Assembly: GCA_963832225.1 (NCBI GenBank)
Contig: CAWHTI010000013.1
Coordinates: forward strand, 8,136-72,135
Source of the DNA: an uncultured Actinomycetes bacterium
Lineage (GTDB): Bacteria; Actinomycetota; UBA4738; HRBIN12
Direction: 5' to 3'
DNA length: 64,000 nt
Under the pieces are notes generated by a model. That model ran no database searches. It had not been told where the DNA came from and saw only the letters and a list, made by a program, of their open reading frames with translations. This document shows, one piece after another, positions 48,262 to 56,943 of this stretch (within the stretch, counting starts at the first letter, position 1; each line of letters opens with the position of its first letter). The position numbers and the translations under genes are program-made.

Positions 48262-49027
48262 CCGGAGCGGGCCGGTCGGGCCCGCCCGCGACCACGAGCC
48301 GATGGCCGGCGTCGTACGCGTCGAGATCGAGGAGCTCCGCGTTCCGCCGTACCCACCGCCCGCTCTCGAGGTCCCGAGCGAGCGCTTCGAGCCCTCTGGA
48401 GACCGTCCGCTCGTCGAGGGCGGCGAAGATCGACATCCCCACCCGCACGCCCGGATCGAGATAGGCGTGCGGACGCTTCCAGAAGGCCGGTCCGAAGCCG
48501 TCCTCGCAGTCGGCCGGGGTGGGCAACGGTGAGACGCGACCTCCGCCGATCGCATCCGCGACCGCCTCGGGCGTGAGGAACCGATCCCGATCGACGTCGG
48601 CGATCTCCGGCAGGTAGTCCCGGACGAGCCACATCCGCGACCACACGTCGATGTCGGCGGTGAACACGACCACGCGCCCGCTCGCGACGCGACGGAGCTC
48701 CGCCAGCCCCCGAACGGGATCGCGCCAGTGGTGGACGGTGAGGACGGCCAACCCCGCCTCGAACGAGTCCTCCGCGAAGGGCAACGCCTGGGCGCTCCCC
48801 TGCACCACGGGCGCGGATCCGCGCGGTCGCTGCGAGATCATGGTCCAGGACGGCTCGACCGACACCACCCGGCGATCTCGAGGCTCGTACGACCCGGCGC
48901 CGGCTCCGACGTTCACGACCGTTCGGGCATCCCCGAGCGCCTCGAGGATCGCGGCGAGGTGGCGGGGATCGGTGCGCCGCGTGCGCGCGTAGCCGACCCC
49001 GATCTCGTCGTAGGTCTCCGAGGTCAT
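48248..49027 (-). CDS. Class I SAM-dependent methyltransferase
   Basis: VNVGAGAGSY, LPFAEDSF, TVHHW motifs. Confidence 0.85.
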   Translation of the reverse strand: MTSETYDEIGVGYARTRRTDPRHLAAILEALGDARTVVNVGAGAGSYEPRDRRVVSVEPSWTMISQRPRGSAPVVQGSAQALPFAEDSFEAGLAVLTVHHWRDPVRGLAELRRVASGRVVVFTADIDVWSRMWLVRDYLPEIADVDRDRFLTPEAVADAIGGGRVSPLPTPADCEDGFGPAFWKRPHAYLDPGVRVGMSIFAALDERTVSRGLEALARDLESGRWVRRNAELLDLDAYDAGHRLVVAGGPDRPAPATDR

Positions 49028-49130
49028 CCGAGGCGCCCTCCCCGACGAAACCCTACCGACCCGGAGGTCGGCCGGCGCCGGGGGTGGTCAGGTGGTCACC
49101 CCCGGCGCGTGGTCGCGAACGCGGATCGCC

Positions 49131-50048
49131 TCACCGCTTGGTGGGACAGGCGAGGTCGGCGATGCAGTCCATCAGCCAGCTGCGGACCACCGGGATGTCC
49201 ACGCGCTGGTAGCCACCGAGGTAGCGGCAGTTGTTCGTGTACCCGTAGCTGGTGTCCCCGACGACGAACCCGTCCTTGATGGTGGGCCCGCCGGAGTCCC
49301 CGAAGCAGGTGCCACCCTCGGCGCGTGGATCGTGCTCGTTGCCGTTCAGCTGGAGGATCTGATCGGTGAGCTTCTGCCCGATCTCGGTGGTGTACCGGCG
49401 AACGATGGGCTGACGCTGCGGGAGCGGCGTCTGCGGGCCCGACTCCGCGGGACGGACCTCGGTGCCGTAGCCGATCGCCAGGAACTCCGTGTGGTTCAAC
49501 CGGGGCTGCTCGTACCGATCGAGGTAGTTCCTGGGTGCCAGCGGCGTCGTCGGCAGGCCCGGAGCCTCGTCGAGGATCACCACGCCGGTGTCGTTCCAGT
49601 TCTTGATGTCGGTGAAGTCGCTGTATCCGGGGTGCGTCCGCGGGGTCCCCAGGAACCACGTCTGCTCTCCCTGGGAGAGATCGGCCTTCGTGTACCCGAT
49701 CTTCGAGATCGCGTCGTTGGGGCCTCGGTCGTCCGCGGCGCGCGGGATGTCGCGCTCGGACTCGGCCTCGGTGCGGGAGATCAGCGGGTCGAACGTCACG
49801 ATGACCTTGCCCACGTCCAGGAACGTGCAGTGCGCCGCGGTGAGCAGCACGCGCGGCGCGACGAGCGTCCCCGAGCAGCGGAAGCGGCCGTCGGGCTGGT
49901 AGAAGACCAGCATCCCCACGTTCGAGTAGCGATTCTCGGTGTCCTCGTGACCGCCGGTGATGGCGGGGGCCGGTCCAATCGAGGCGAGCAACGCTCCGAC
50001 GACGGCGGTGGCGACGACGGCGCCACGGATCGTTCGCGTGCGAGTCAT
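49131..50048 (-). CDS. Secreted trypsin-like (S1) serine protease
   Basis: CSGTL, LTAAHC, NDTGV, TCFGDSGGP catalytic triad motifs; signal peptide. Confidence 0.9.
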   Translation of the reverse strand: MTRTRTIRGAVVATAVVGALLASIGPAPAITGGHEDTENRYSNVGMLVFYQPDGRFRCSGTLVAPRVLLTAAHCTFLDVGKVIVTFDPLISRTEAESERDIPRAADDRGPNDAISKIGYTKADLSQGEQTWFLGTPRTHPGYSDFTDIKNWNDTGVVILDEAPGLPTTPLAPRNYLDRYEQPRLNHTEFLAIGYGTEVRPAESGPQTPLPQRQPIVRRYTTEIGQKLTDQILQLNGNEHDPRAEGGTCFGDSGGPTIKDGFVVGDTSYGYTNNCRYLGGYQRVDIPVVRSWLMDCIADLACPTKR

Positions 50049-50129
50049 GTCTACCTCCGAGGGGTGCGAGGGGTCCGAGAACGTGGGAGGGCTACCCGCT
50101 CCGTCTCGATCGTATCCCTGAGGACCCGA

Positions 50130-50336
50130 TCACGTGGGGGCGTCCCACTCCTTCACCTCGACCAGGCGCGACCCGTCGGCGATGAACTCCCGGGGTGGCC
50201 CCGACCGCTTGGGCTCGGGCCGGTCCATCAGCTGATCCCACAGCTTGCCGTGGTAGTAGCAGCGCCCGTCCTCACGTGGGTCGACGACCTCCCGCCCACA
50301 CTCGATACAGGTCGGCACGTCCGCGCGATCACGCAC
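50130..50336 (-). CDS. Small hypothetical protein with CxxC...CxxH (possible zinc finger)
   Basis: GTG start; PTCIECG...GRCYYHG; 68 aa; directly downstream of the tRNA. Confidence 0.45.
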   Translation of the reverse strand: MRDRADVPTCIECGREVVDPREDGRCYYHGKLWDQLMDRPEPKRSGPPREFIADGSRLVEVKEWDAPT

Positions 50337-50365
50337 GGTTCCAGTGTGCCAGTCCTTCGGCCAGG

Positions 50366-50451
50366 TGCCCGGGGTGGGATTCGAACCCACACGCTCCTCG
50401 CGGAGCAGGCGCTTTTAAGGCGCCGTCGTCTGCCAGTTCCGACACCCGGGC
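50366..50451 (-). tRNA. tRNA-Leu (anticodon UAA)
   Basis: GCCCGGG/CCCGGGC acceptor stem, GGCGC-CTTAAAA-GCGCC anticodon arm, long variable arm, GGTTCGAATCC T-loop; 86 nt, CCA not encoded. Confidence 0.95.
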
Positions 50452-50469
50452 GGGTGTTCGGCATCGACG

Positions 50470-51501
50470 CTACAGCAGGCCGAACTCCCACTGCTCGCGG
50501 AACCAGGCGACGGTGCGGCGCAGCCCGTCCTCGAACCCGTACTCGGGCGAGTAGCCCAGCACCCGCTCGGCCGCGTGGATCGCCGCATGGCTCTCGCGCA
50601 CGTCGCCCGCGCGCGAGGGCTCGTGCACGGGCGCGACCGGCTCCGCGCCGACCGCGTCCTGCACCGTCGCCAGGAGTTGATTGACGCTGTGGCGGTCGCC
50701 GCACGCCACGTTGAAGACCTGGCCCCACGCGTCGGGCGTGGAGTCCGCGGCCTGCAGGTTCGCCTGCACGACGTCGCCGACGTACGTGAAGTCCCGCGAC
50801 TGCTCCCCGTCGCCGTAGATCGTGGCGGCCACGCCCTCGAGCGCCGACGTCACGAACCGCGGCACCACCGCCGCGTACTCCGCCCGCGAGCTCTGGCGGG
50901 GCCCGAACACGTTGAAGTAGCGCAGCGCCACGGTCGGCAGCTCGTAGCTCTCCCAGAACGCCTGCAGGTACCGCTCGCCCGCCAGCTTCGAGACCCCGTA
51001 GGGACTGATGGGACGGCACGGCAGCCCCTCGTGCACGGGCATCTCCGGCGCGTTGCCGTAGACGCTCGACGACGAGGCGAACACCAGCCGCTGCACGCCG
51101 GCGTCCCGCGCCGCGAGCAGGACGTGCAACGTGCCGGTGACGTTGGCCTCGTTCGTTGCCGACGGGTCGGCGACGCTCCGGGCCACGCTCGGGATCGCCG
51201 CCTGGTGGAAGACCACCGCGCACCCCTGCGTGGCCGCGCGCACGGCCTCGAGGTCGCGCACATCCCCCTCCACGAACTCGAGGTCGCCGACCAGATCCTC
51301 GAGGTTCACCAGCCGGCCGGTGGACAGGTCGTCGAAGACGCGGACCCGCATCCCCTGGCGGAGCAGCGCGTGCGCGAGGTTCGAGCCGATGAAGCCGGCG
51401 CCGCCGGTGACGAGGCAGCGGTCCCCCCGGTGCAACCCGTTGCGGCCCATGATCTGCCGGTGGCCGGGCTCGACCGGGCCGTAGTGGGACGTTCGCCCCA
51501 T
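50470..51501 (-). CDS. NAD-dependent nucleotide-sugar epimerase (UDP-GlcNAc/Glc 4-epimerase, WbpP-like)
   Basis: VTGGAGFIGS, FHQAAIPSV, ASSSSVYG, YGVSK, LRYFNVFGP, SRDFTY. Confidence 0.9.
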   Translation of the reverse strand: MGRTSHYGPVEPGHRQIMGRNGLHRGDRCLVTGGAGFIGSNLAHALLRQGMRVRVFDDLSTGRLVNLEDLVGDLEFVEGDVRDLEAVRAATQGCAVVFHQAAIPSVARSVADPSATNEANVTGTLHVLLAARDAGVQRLVFASSSSVYGNAPEMPVHEGLPCRPISPYGVSKLAGERYLQAFWESYELPTVALRYFNVFGPRQSSRAEYAAVVPRFVTSALEGVAATIYGDGEQSRDFTYVGDVVQANLQAADSTPDAWGQVFNVACGDRHSVNQLLATVQDAVGAEPVAPVHEPSRAGDVRESHAAIHAAERVLGYSPEYGFEDGLRRTVAWFREQWEFGLL

Positions 51502-53472
51502 CTACGTCTGCGTCTCCGGACCCACCTGACCGGGGCCCACCGGCGCGGACTCCAGGAACTGGGCGAACATCTCCTCGCTCGGGCCTCCGGGTCCGGGGCG
51601 GTACGTGACGACCAGATCCTGCAGCAGGACGCGGATCCGAGCCTGGTCGCCGTGGCTCGCCGCCTCGGTCAGCTGCCCCACGGCGCGCTCGAGCGCGGAC
51701 GGATCCGGCTCGATCCCCAGGCGCGCCACGTAGATCTCGTCCACCTTCGTGTGATCCGTGCCCTCCTCCGCCATGAGGATCTCCTCGCGCAGCTTCTCCC
51801 CCGGGCGGATCCCCGTGAACTGGATCGGCACGTCGACGTCGGGCTCGAACCCCGAGAGTCGGATCAGCGCCTCGGCGAGGTCGACGATCCGCACCGGCTC
51901 GCCCATGTCCAGGACGAACACCTCGCCGCCGACGCCCAGCGACGCGGCCTTCAAGATCAGCCGGACGCTCTCGGGGACGGTCATGAAGTAGCGCTCCATG
52001 TCCGGATGCGTGACGGTGATCGGGCCGCCCTCGCGGATCTGCTCCTCGAGGATCGGCACCACGGAGCCGCGGGATCCCAGCACGTTGCCGAACCGCACGG
52101 CGAGGAACCGCGTGGCGCTCGTCTCGTTGAGCCGGCGCACCACCATCTCGGCCGCGCGCTTCGTGGCCCCCATCACGCTGGACGGGTTCACGGCCTTGTC
52201 GGTGCTGATCAGCACGAACGCCTCCGCGCCGCACTCGGCGGCGACCTCGGCCGCCACCCGCGTCCCCACGACGTTGGTGAGGACCGCCTCCTGCGGATGG
52301 GCCTCCATCATCGGCACGTGCTTGTAGGCAGCCGCGTGGAAGACCGCCTGCGGCCGATACGTCAGGCAGATCTGCCGCATGCGGTCGCGGTCGCGGACGT
52401 CGGCGATCTCGGCGAAGACCGGCACGACGGGGGCGAGCCGGCGCAGCTCGAGCTCCAGCGCGAACAGGTTCGACTCGTTCTGGTCCAGCACCACCATGCG
52501 TCCCGGGGAGAACGAGGCGATCTGCCGCGCCAGCTCCGAGCCGATCGACCCGGCGGCGCCGGTCACGAGCACCGTGCGGCCGAAGAGGAACTCGCTCACC
52601 GGTCGCATGTCGATGTCCACCGGCGCCCGGTTCAGCAGGTCCTCGACCTGCACGTCGCGGACGTTCGCCAGCCCGATGCGCCCCTGGAGCACGTCCGTCA
52701 TCGACGGCAGGATGCGGATCACCGGGGCGCCCGCCGTCCGCGCCGCGACGACGACCTGGCGCACCACGGCCCCGGCGGCGCCCGGCATGGCGACCAGGAC
52801 CTCGTCGATGCGCTCCTCCTCGATCGTCCGCGCCAGGAGCTCGCGGCCGCCCAGCACCCGGACGCCGTGGAGGAACGTCCCGGCCTTGTTCGGGTCGTCG
52901 TCGATCACGCCCACCACGCGGTATCCGCGGACCCGGTCGTTCAACATCTCGTAGATCAGACGCTCGCCGGTGCGGGCGCCGCCGACGACCAGCAGGCGCT
53001 TCTCGTCCGGGCGGCCGTGCATGGTCGAGACCTGCAGCAGCCGCTTCATCATCCGAACGCCGCCCACGCCGATCAGCGTCAGCACGAAGAACAGGATCAG
53101 GATCGAGCGCGGCAGGGGCGCGAACTCCGCGTTCGTGCCGGCCATGGTGTCGTGCAGCACGAACGTGAGCAGCCCCCACACGGCGGTGCCGACGAACGTC
53201 GCCGTGAAGACGTTGACGACGTCGCGCGCGCCCACGAATCGCCAGGTGATGTTGTAGAGGCGGAGCATCGAGTTGGTGAACACGATCGGTCCGACCGCCA
53301 GCAGGATGTAGATGGGGATGGACTGCCAGTACCGCTCCGGCACCCGGCCGTCGAACCGGAGCTCGAACGCCACCACCATCGCCACGACCACCACCACGAG
53401 GTCGGCCGCCACGAAGAACAGGATCCGCTTGGGCCCGGTGGGAGCGAGCCAGCGCCGCACGGTGACATTCAT
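51502..53472 (-). CDS. PglF/CapD/WbpM-like membrane UDP-HexNAc 4,6-dehydratase
   Basis: N-terminal TMs, VTGAAGSIGSEL, FHAAAYKHVP, ISTDKAVNP, RFGNVLGSRGSV, RYFMT; real start ATG 53472. Confidence 0.9.
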   Translation of the reverse strand: MNVTVRRWLAPTGPKRILFFVAADLVVVVVAMVVAFELRFDGRVPERYWQSIPIYILLAVGPIVFTNSMLRLYNITWRFVGARDVVNVFTATFVGTAVWGLLTFVLHDTMAGTNAEFAPLPRSILILFFVLTLIGVGGVRMMKRLLQVSTMHGRPDEKRLLVVGGARTGERLIYEMLNDRVRGYRVVGVIDDDPNKAGTFLHGVRVLGGRELLARTIEEERIDEVLVAMPGAAGAVVRQVVVAARTAGAPVIRILPSMTDVLQGRIGLANVRDVQVEDLLNRAPVDIDMRPVSEFLFGRTVLVTGAAGSIGSELARQIASFSPGRMVVLDQNESNLFALELELRRLAPVVPVFAEIADVRDRDRMRQICLTYRPQAVFHAAAYKHVPMMEAHPQEAVLTNVVGTRVAAEVAAECGAEAFVLISTDKAVNPSSVMGATKRAAEMVVRRLNETSATRFLAVRFGNVLGSRGSVVPILEEQIREGGPITVTHPDMERYFMTVPESVRLILKAASLGVGGEVFVLDMGEPVRIVDLAEALIRLSGFEPDVDVPIQFTGIRPGEKLREEILMAEEGTDHTKVDEIYVARLGIEPDPSALERAVGQLTEAASHGDQARIRVLLQDLVVTYRPGPGGPSEEMFAQFLESAPVGPGQVGPETQT

Positions 53473-54647
53473 CGGGCGAGCCCCTCCCGCAGCGACGAGA
53501 CCACACGGTCGACGTCGCCGAGCGGCATCGCGGCGTAGAACGGGACGATCAGGACGCTCGCGGCGGCCTCCTCGGTCGCGATGAGCGGCGCGGGCACCAT
53601 GTCGTCCCGCCCCGCGTACGGCGGTTGGCGGTGCACCGGCGGCTCGAAATACGCCTTGGACTCCACGCCGGATCGGTTGAGGTGCTCCACCAGCCGGTCG
53701 CGGTCGACGCCGGCCGCGCACCGGAGCGCCATCACGAACCACGCCGGATCCGCCCAGTCCGCGCGCTGCGGCGGGCGCAGCTCCTCCACGTCGGAGAGGG
53801 CCTCCGCGTACCGGTCGGCGAGCGCCGCGCGGCGGTGCAGGAGGTCCTCGACCCGGCGCATCTGCGCCACACCGACCGCGGCCTGCAACTCCGACATCCG
53901 GTAGTTGAAGCCGATGCGCGTGTGGTGCAGCCACGGATCGCCGGGCCGCCGCCCCTGATTGCGGAGGCTGCGGATCCGCTCGTCGAGGTCGGGGTCCGAC
54001 CCGATGACCATGCCGCCCTCTCCCGTGGAGATCTGCTTGTTCGGATAGAACGCGAAGACCGCCGCGTCCGCCCCGGCGCCCGCGTGTGCCCACGTGCCGT
54101 CGTCGCGCCGCCACCGAGATCCCAGCGCCTCGCACGCGTCGGCCACCACGGGGATCCCCCACGGCGCCGTGACCTCACGCAGCCGCTCGACGTGCACCGG
54201 GTGGCCGAACACGTCGACCGGCTCCACCGCGGCCACGCGCCGGTGCGTCACCGGGTCTCGCAGGGCGCCGTCGTCGCCCTCCTTGCACGAGTCGAGGTAG
54301 GTGCGGAGCGCGTCCAGCGAGAGCGTGAGCGTGCCGGGCTCGATGTCCAACAGCACGGGCTCGGCACCCTGATAGGTGATGGCGTTCGCCGATGCCACGA
54401 ACGTGAACGAGGTGGTGACCACGCAGTCGTCCGCGCCGACGCCGAGCGCCCGGAACGCCAGGTGCAGGCCGGCGGTGCCGCTGGAGGCCGCCGCCGCCCA
54501 GGGTGCGCCGGTGAATCCCGCGAGCAGGCGTTCGAACTCGAGCGTCTTGGGACCCATCGCCAGCCGTCCCGAGCGGAGGACCTCCAGGACCTCGGCCTCC
54601 TCGGCGGGACCGATGTCGGGGAGCGCGAGCGGGATGTCGTCGGGCAC
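53469..54647 (-). CDS. DegT/DnrJ/EryC1/StrS PLP-dependent sugar aminotransferase
   Basis: SSGTAGLHL, FTFVASAN, DACEA, AFYPNKQISTGEGG, GFNYRMSE; start GTG 54647. Confidence 0.9.
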   Translation of the reverse strand: MPDDIPLALPDIGPAEEAEVLEVLRSGRLAMGPKTLEFERLLAGFTGAPWAAAASSGTAGLHLAFRALGVGADDCVVTTSFTFVASANAITYQGAEPVLLDIEPGTLTLSLDALRTYLDSCKEGDDGALRDPVTHRRVAAVEPVDVFGHPVHVERLREVTAPWGIPVVADACEALGSRWRRDDGTWAHAGAGADAAVFAFYPNKQISTGEGGMVIGSDPDLDERIRSLRNQGRRPGDPWLHHTRIGFNYRMSELQAAVGVAQMRRVEDLLHRRAALADRYAEALSDVEELRPPQRADWADPAWFVMALRCAAGVDRDRLVEHLNRSGVESKAYFEPPVHRQPPYAGRDDMVPAPLIATEEAAASVLIVPFYAAMPLGDVDRVVSSLREGLAR

Positions 54648-54773
54648 GGGTGCGGGTGAGCTCCAGGCTCGGGGAAGGCCACAGGGTACCCCAGCGATCG
54701 AGCGAACCCGTTCAGGCGGTGAGGTCCAGTCGGGTCGGCGGAGCCGCTCGGGTCGGCGACGTAGGCTCCCGAG

Positions 54774-55607
54774 ATGCCCGTGCCCGTTGCGCCTCGCGTC
54801 GCCTTCCTGCTCCGGGGGGTCGCCGGGCTCGCCCTCGTCGCCGCGCTGACGTCGTGCGGGGGCGACGGCCGCGACGGGAGGCCGCAGGTGCCACGCGTCA
54901 GCGTCGATCCCCGGGGCTTCTATCTCTCGACGTCGTTCGAGCGGCCGGTCTGCGGCAACTACCACCACCCCGACGAGGGATGCGAGTTCGGCATCCAGGG
55001 CCCCGTGGAGACCGGCGAGTTCGGATGCCGCACCGGGCCGAGCTGCCTGGCGATCGGTCGCGGCGGCACGACCCACCAGGGCGCGCTGCGGCTGGTCCCC
55101 GTCGAGGACGGCCACGCCTTCGTCGGGTGCGCCTTCCGGGTGCCGGAGCTCCCGAGCGCGCAGAAGCCCTTCATCGAGCTGATGCAGCTCTCGCCGGGCG
55201 ACGGGACGCAGCCCCTCAACCCGATCGAGCTCCGGATGAACACCGCCGCCCGGACCCTCTCGCTCGGCGAGTTCCAGGGACCCGAGGAGGTGTCCACGAC
55301 GTGGCGGGCGCCGGTCGACGAGTGGTTCGCCGTCGTCGTGGAGATGGGCTACGGCGAGGACGTGACCACCCGGTTGTGGGTGTACGGATCCGATGACCGG
55401 GAGGTCGCCTCGCTGGAGGTGCTCCTGACCACGAGCGGCGGTCGCGGCAAGGCGAACCCACGGCAGAAGGTCGGCGGCGTGACGAACACGTTCGGCGACG
55501 TCACCACCTACGCCGATGACTGGTACATCGCGCGTGACCGATACGGCCCGCTGCACCTGGGCGCGGACGGCTCGCCGGTCGGGCAGCCGAGCGGCACCGG
55601 CGGCTGA
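54774..55607 (+). CDS. Hypothetical lipoprotein, beta-sandwich-like
   Basis: Lipobox LTSC; intact 277-aa ORF with good codon pattern; no family recognised. Confidence 0.55.
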   Translation: MPVPVAPRVAFLLRGVAGLALVAALTSCGGDGRDGRPQVPRVSVDPRGFYLSTSFERPVCGNYHHPDEGCEFGIQGPVETGEFGCRTGPSCLAIGRGGTTHQGALRLVPVEDGHAFVGCAFRVPELPSAQKPFIELMQLSPGDGTQPLNPIELRMNTAARTLSLGEFQGPEEVSTTWRAPVDEWFAVVVEMGYGEDVTTRLWVYGSDDREVASLEVLLTTSGGRGKANPRQKVGGVTNTFGDVTTYADDWYIARDRYGPLHLGADGSPVGQPSGTGG

Positions 55608-55617
55608 GCGGCGGCGG

Positions 55618-56943
55618 CTAGCGGACGGAGTAGACGTGCCACGCCCCCGGCACGCCCTTCAACACATGGGTGCCCCGGTCGTCGAAGTCGAGGCCGGATC
55701 CAGCCACGAGCTCCCGCACGGTGGACGACACGAAGACCTCGCGGGGGCCGGCGAGCGCCGAGATGCGTGCGCCGATGTGCACCGCGATGCCCTGCACGTC
55801 GCCGTCGGAGAGCTCGACTTCGCCGGTGTGCACGCCCGCGCGGATCTCGAGGCCCAGCCCTCGGACCTCGTCGCTCGCGGACCGGGCGCATTCGATCGCT
55901 CGGCGCGGCGAGTCGAACGTGGCGAGGAAGCCGTCGCCGGCGGTGTGCACCTCGCGTCCTCCGAACCGGGCGAGCGCGGCACGCAGCGCGCGGTGATGTC
56001 GCTCCAGCAGGTCCCGCCACTCCCGGTCGCCCAGCTCAGCCGCCCGTTCGGTGGAGCCGACGATGTCGGTGAAGAGCACCGTGGAGAGCACCCGGTCGTG
56101 ACGCGGCAGCGGGCGGGAGCCGGTGAGAAACCCCTCGATCTCGTCGGCGATCTCCTCGACGTCGTCGGCGAAGATCGCGGTCCCGCTGCCGGTGATCTCG
56201 GAGAGCGTGGCGTCCGGCAGCGCGGCGGCCAGGGCTCGCGTGCTCCGCAGCGGAAGGATCGCGTTGTCGGTGCGGTTCATCACCAGCACCGGCAGACGGA
56301 CCTCGGGCAGGCGATCGACGATGTCCCAGGTGAGCTGCTCCCGGATGAAGGACTCGATGGGGATCCCGCTCGACGCCGATCGGTTGTACCGGCGGAACCA
56401 CGAACGGAAGCCGGGCTCCTGCATCCTCGCCGGCGCCACGATCGACAGGTGCGCGTCCATGTCGATGTCGCGGGACGCGGCCGCCATCCGCTGGAGGACC
56501 TCGAACTCGACGCCGAAGTCGTCGTCGGGAGCGGGGAGCAGCCTCGGGGAGACCTCGAACGCGACGACCGATGCGACGCGGTCGGGATGGTCGGCGGCGA
56601 AAGCCAACGCCAGGATGCCCGCATCGGTGGTGCCGAAGAGCGTCGCCCGCGACGACTCCGTGGCATCCATCACCACCCGGAAGTCGTCGAGCTGCTCCTC
56701 GAACGTCGGGAGCACCGAGAGCCCGTCCGACATCCCCATGCCCCGGCGGTCGAACCGGATCAGACGCGTGAAGGTGGCGAGGCGCTCGTACAGCCGCCGG
56801 AGTTTCGGATCCTCCCAGGCGATCTCCAGGTGCGAGACCGTCCCGTGCATCATCACCAGGTCCACGTCGCCGTCGCCGAGGATCTGGAACGCGATGTGGA
56901 CGCCGTCCGGAGCGATCGCGTAGGCGGTCTCGGGCATCGTCAT
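55618..56943 (-). CDS. Alpha/beta-hydrolase fold fused to class III adenylate/guanylate cyclase (LipJ-like)
   Basis: FDRRGMGMSD, VLFTDIVGST, AGDGFLATF, GVHTGE, GIAVHIGAR. Confidence 0.85.
   Translation of the reverse strand: MTMPETAYAIAPDGVHIAFQILGDGDVDLVMMHGTVSHLEIAWEDPKLRRLYERLATFTRLIRFDRRGMGMSDGLSVLPTFEEQLDDFRVVMDATESSRATLFGTTDAGILALAFAADHPDRVASVVAFEVSPRLLPAPDDDFGVEFEVLQRMAAASRDIDMDAHLSIVAPARMQEPGFRSWFRRYNRSASSGIPIESFIREQLTWDIVDRLPEVRLPVLVMNRTDNAILPLRSTRALAAALPDATLSEITGSGTAIFADDVEEIADEIEGFLTGSRPLPRHDRVLSTVLFTDIVGSTERAAELGDREWRDLLERHHRALRAALARFGGREVHTAGDGFLATFDSPRRAIECARSASDEVRGLGLEIRAGVHTGEVELSDGDVQGIAVHIGARISALAGPREVFVSSTVRELVAGSGLDFDDRGTHVLKGVPGAWHVYSVR

Noticed and set aside
50340-50451. 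Integrative element at tRNA-Leu
   Set aside because: No integrase and no duplicated tRNA 3' end (att) noticed in the window.
51502-54162. 886-aa extended dehydratase
   Set aside because: The N-terminal extension is an off-frame shadow of the DegT gene; the real start is ATG 53472.
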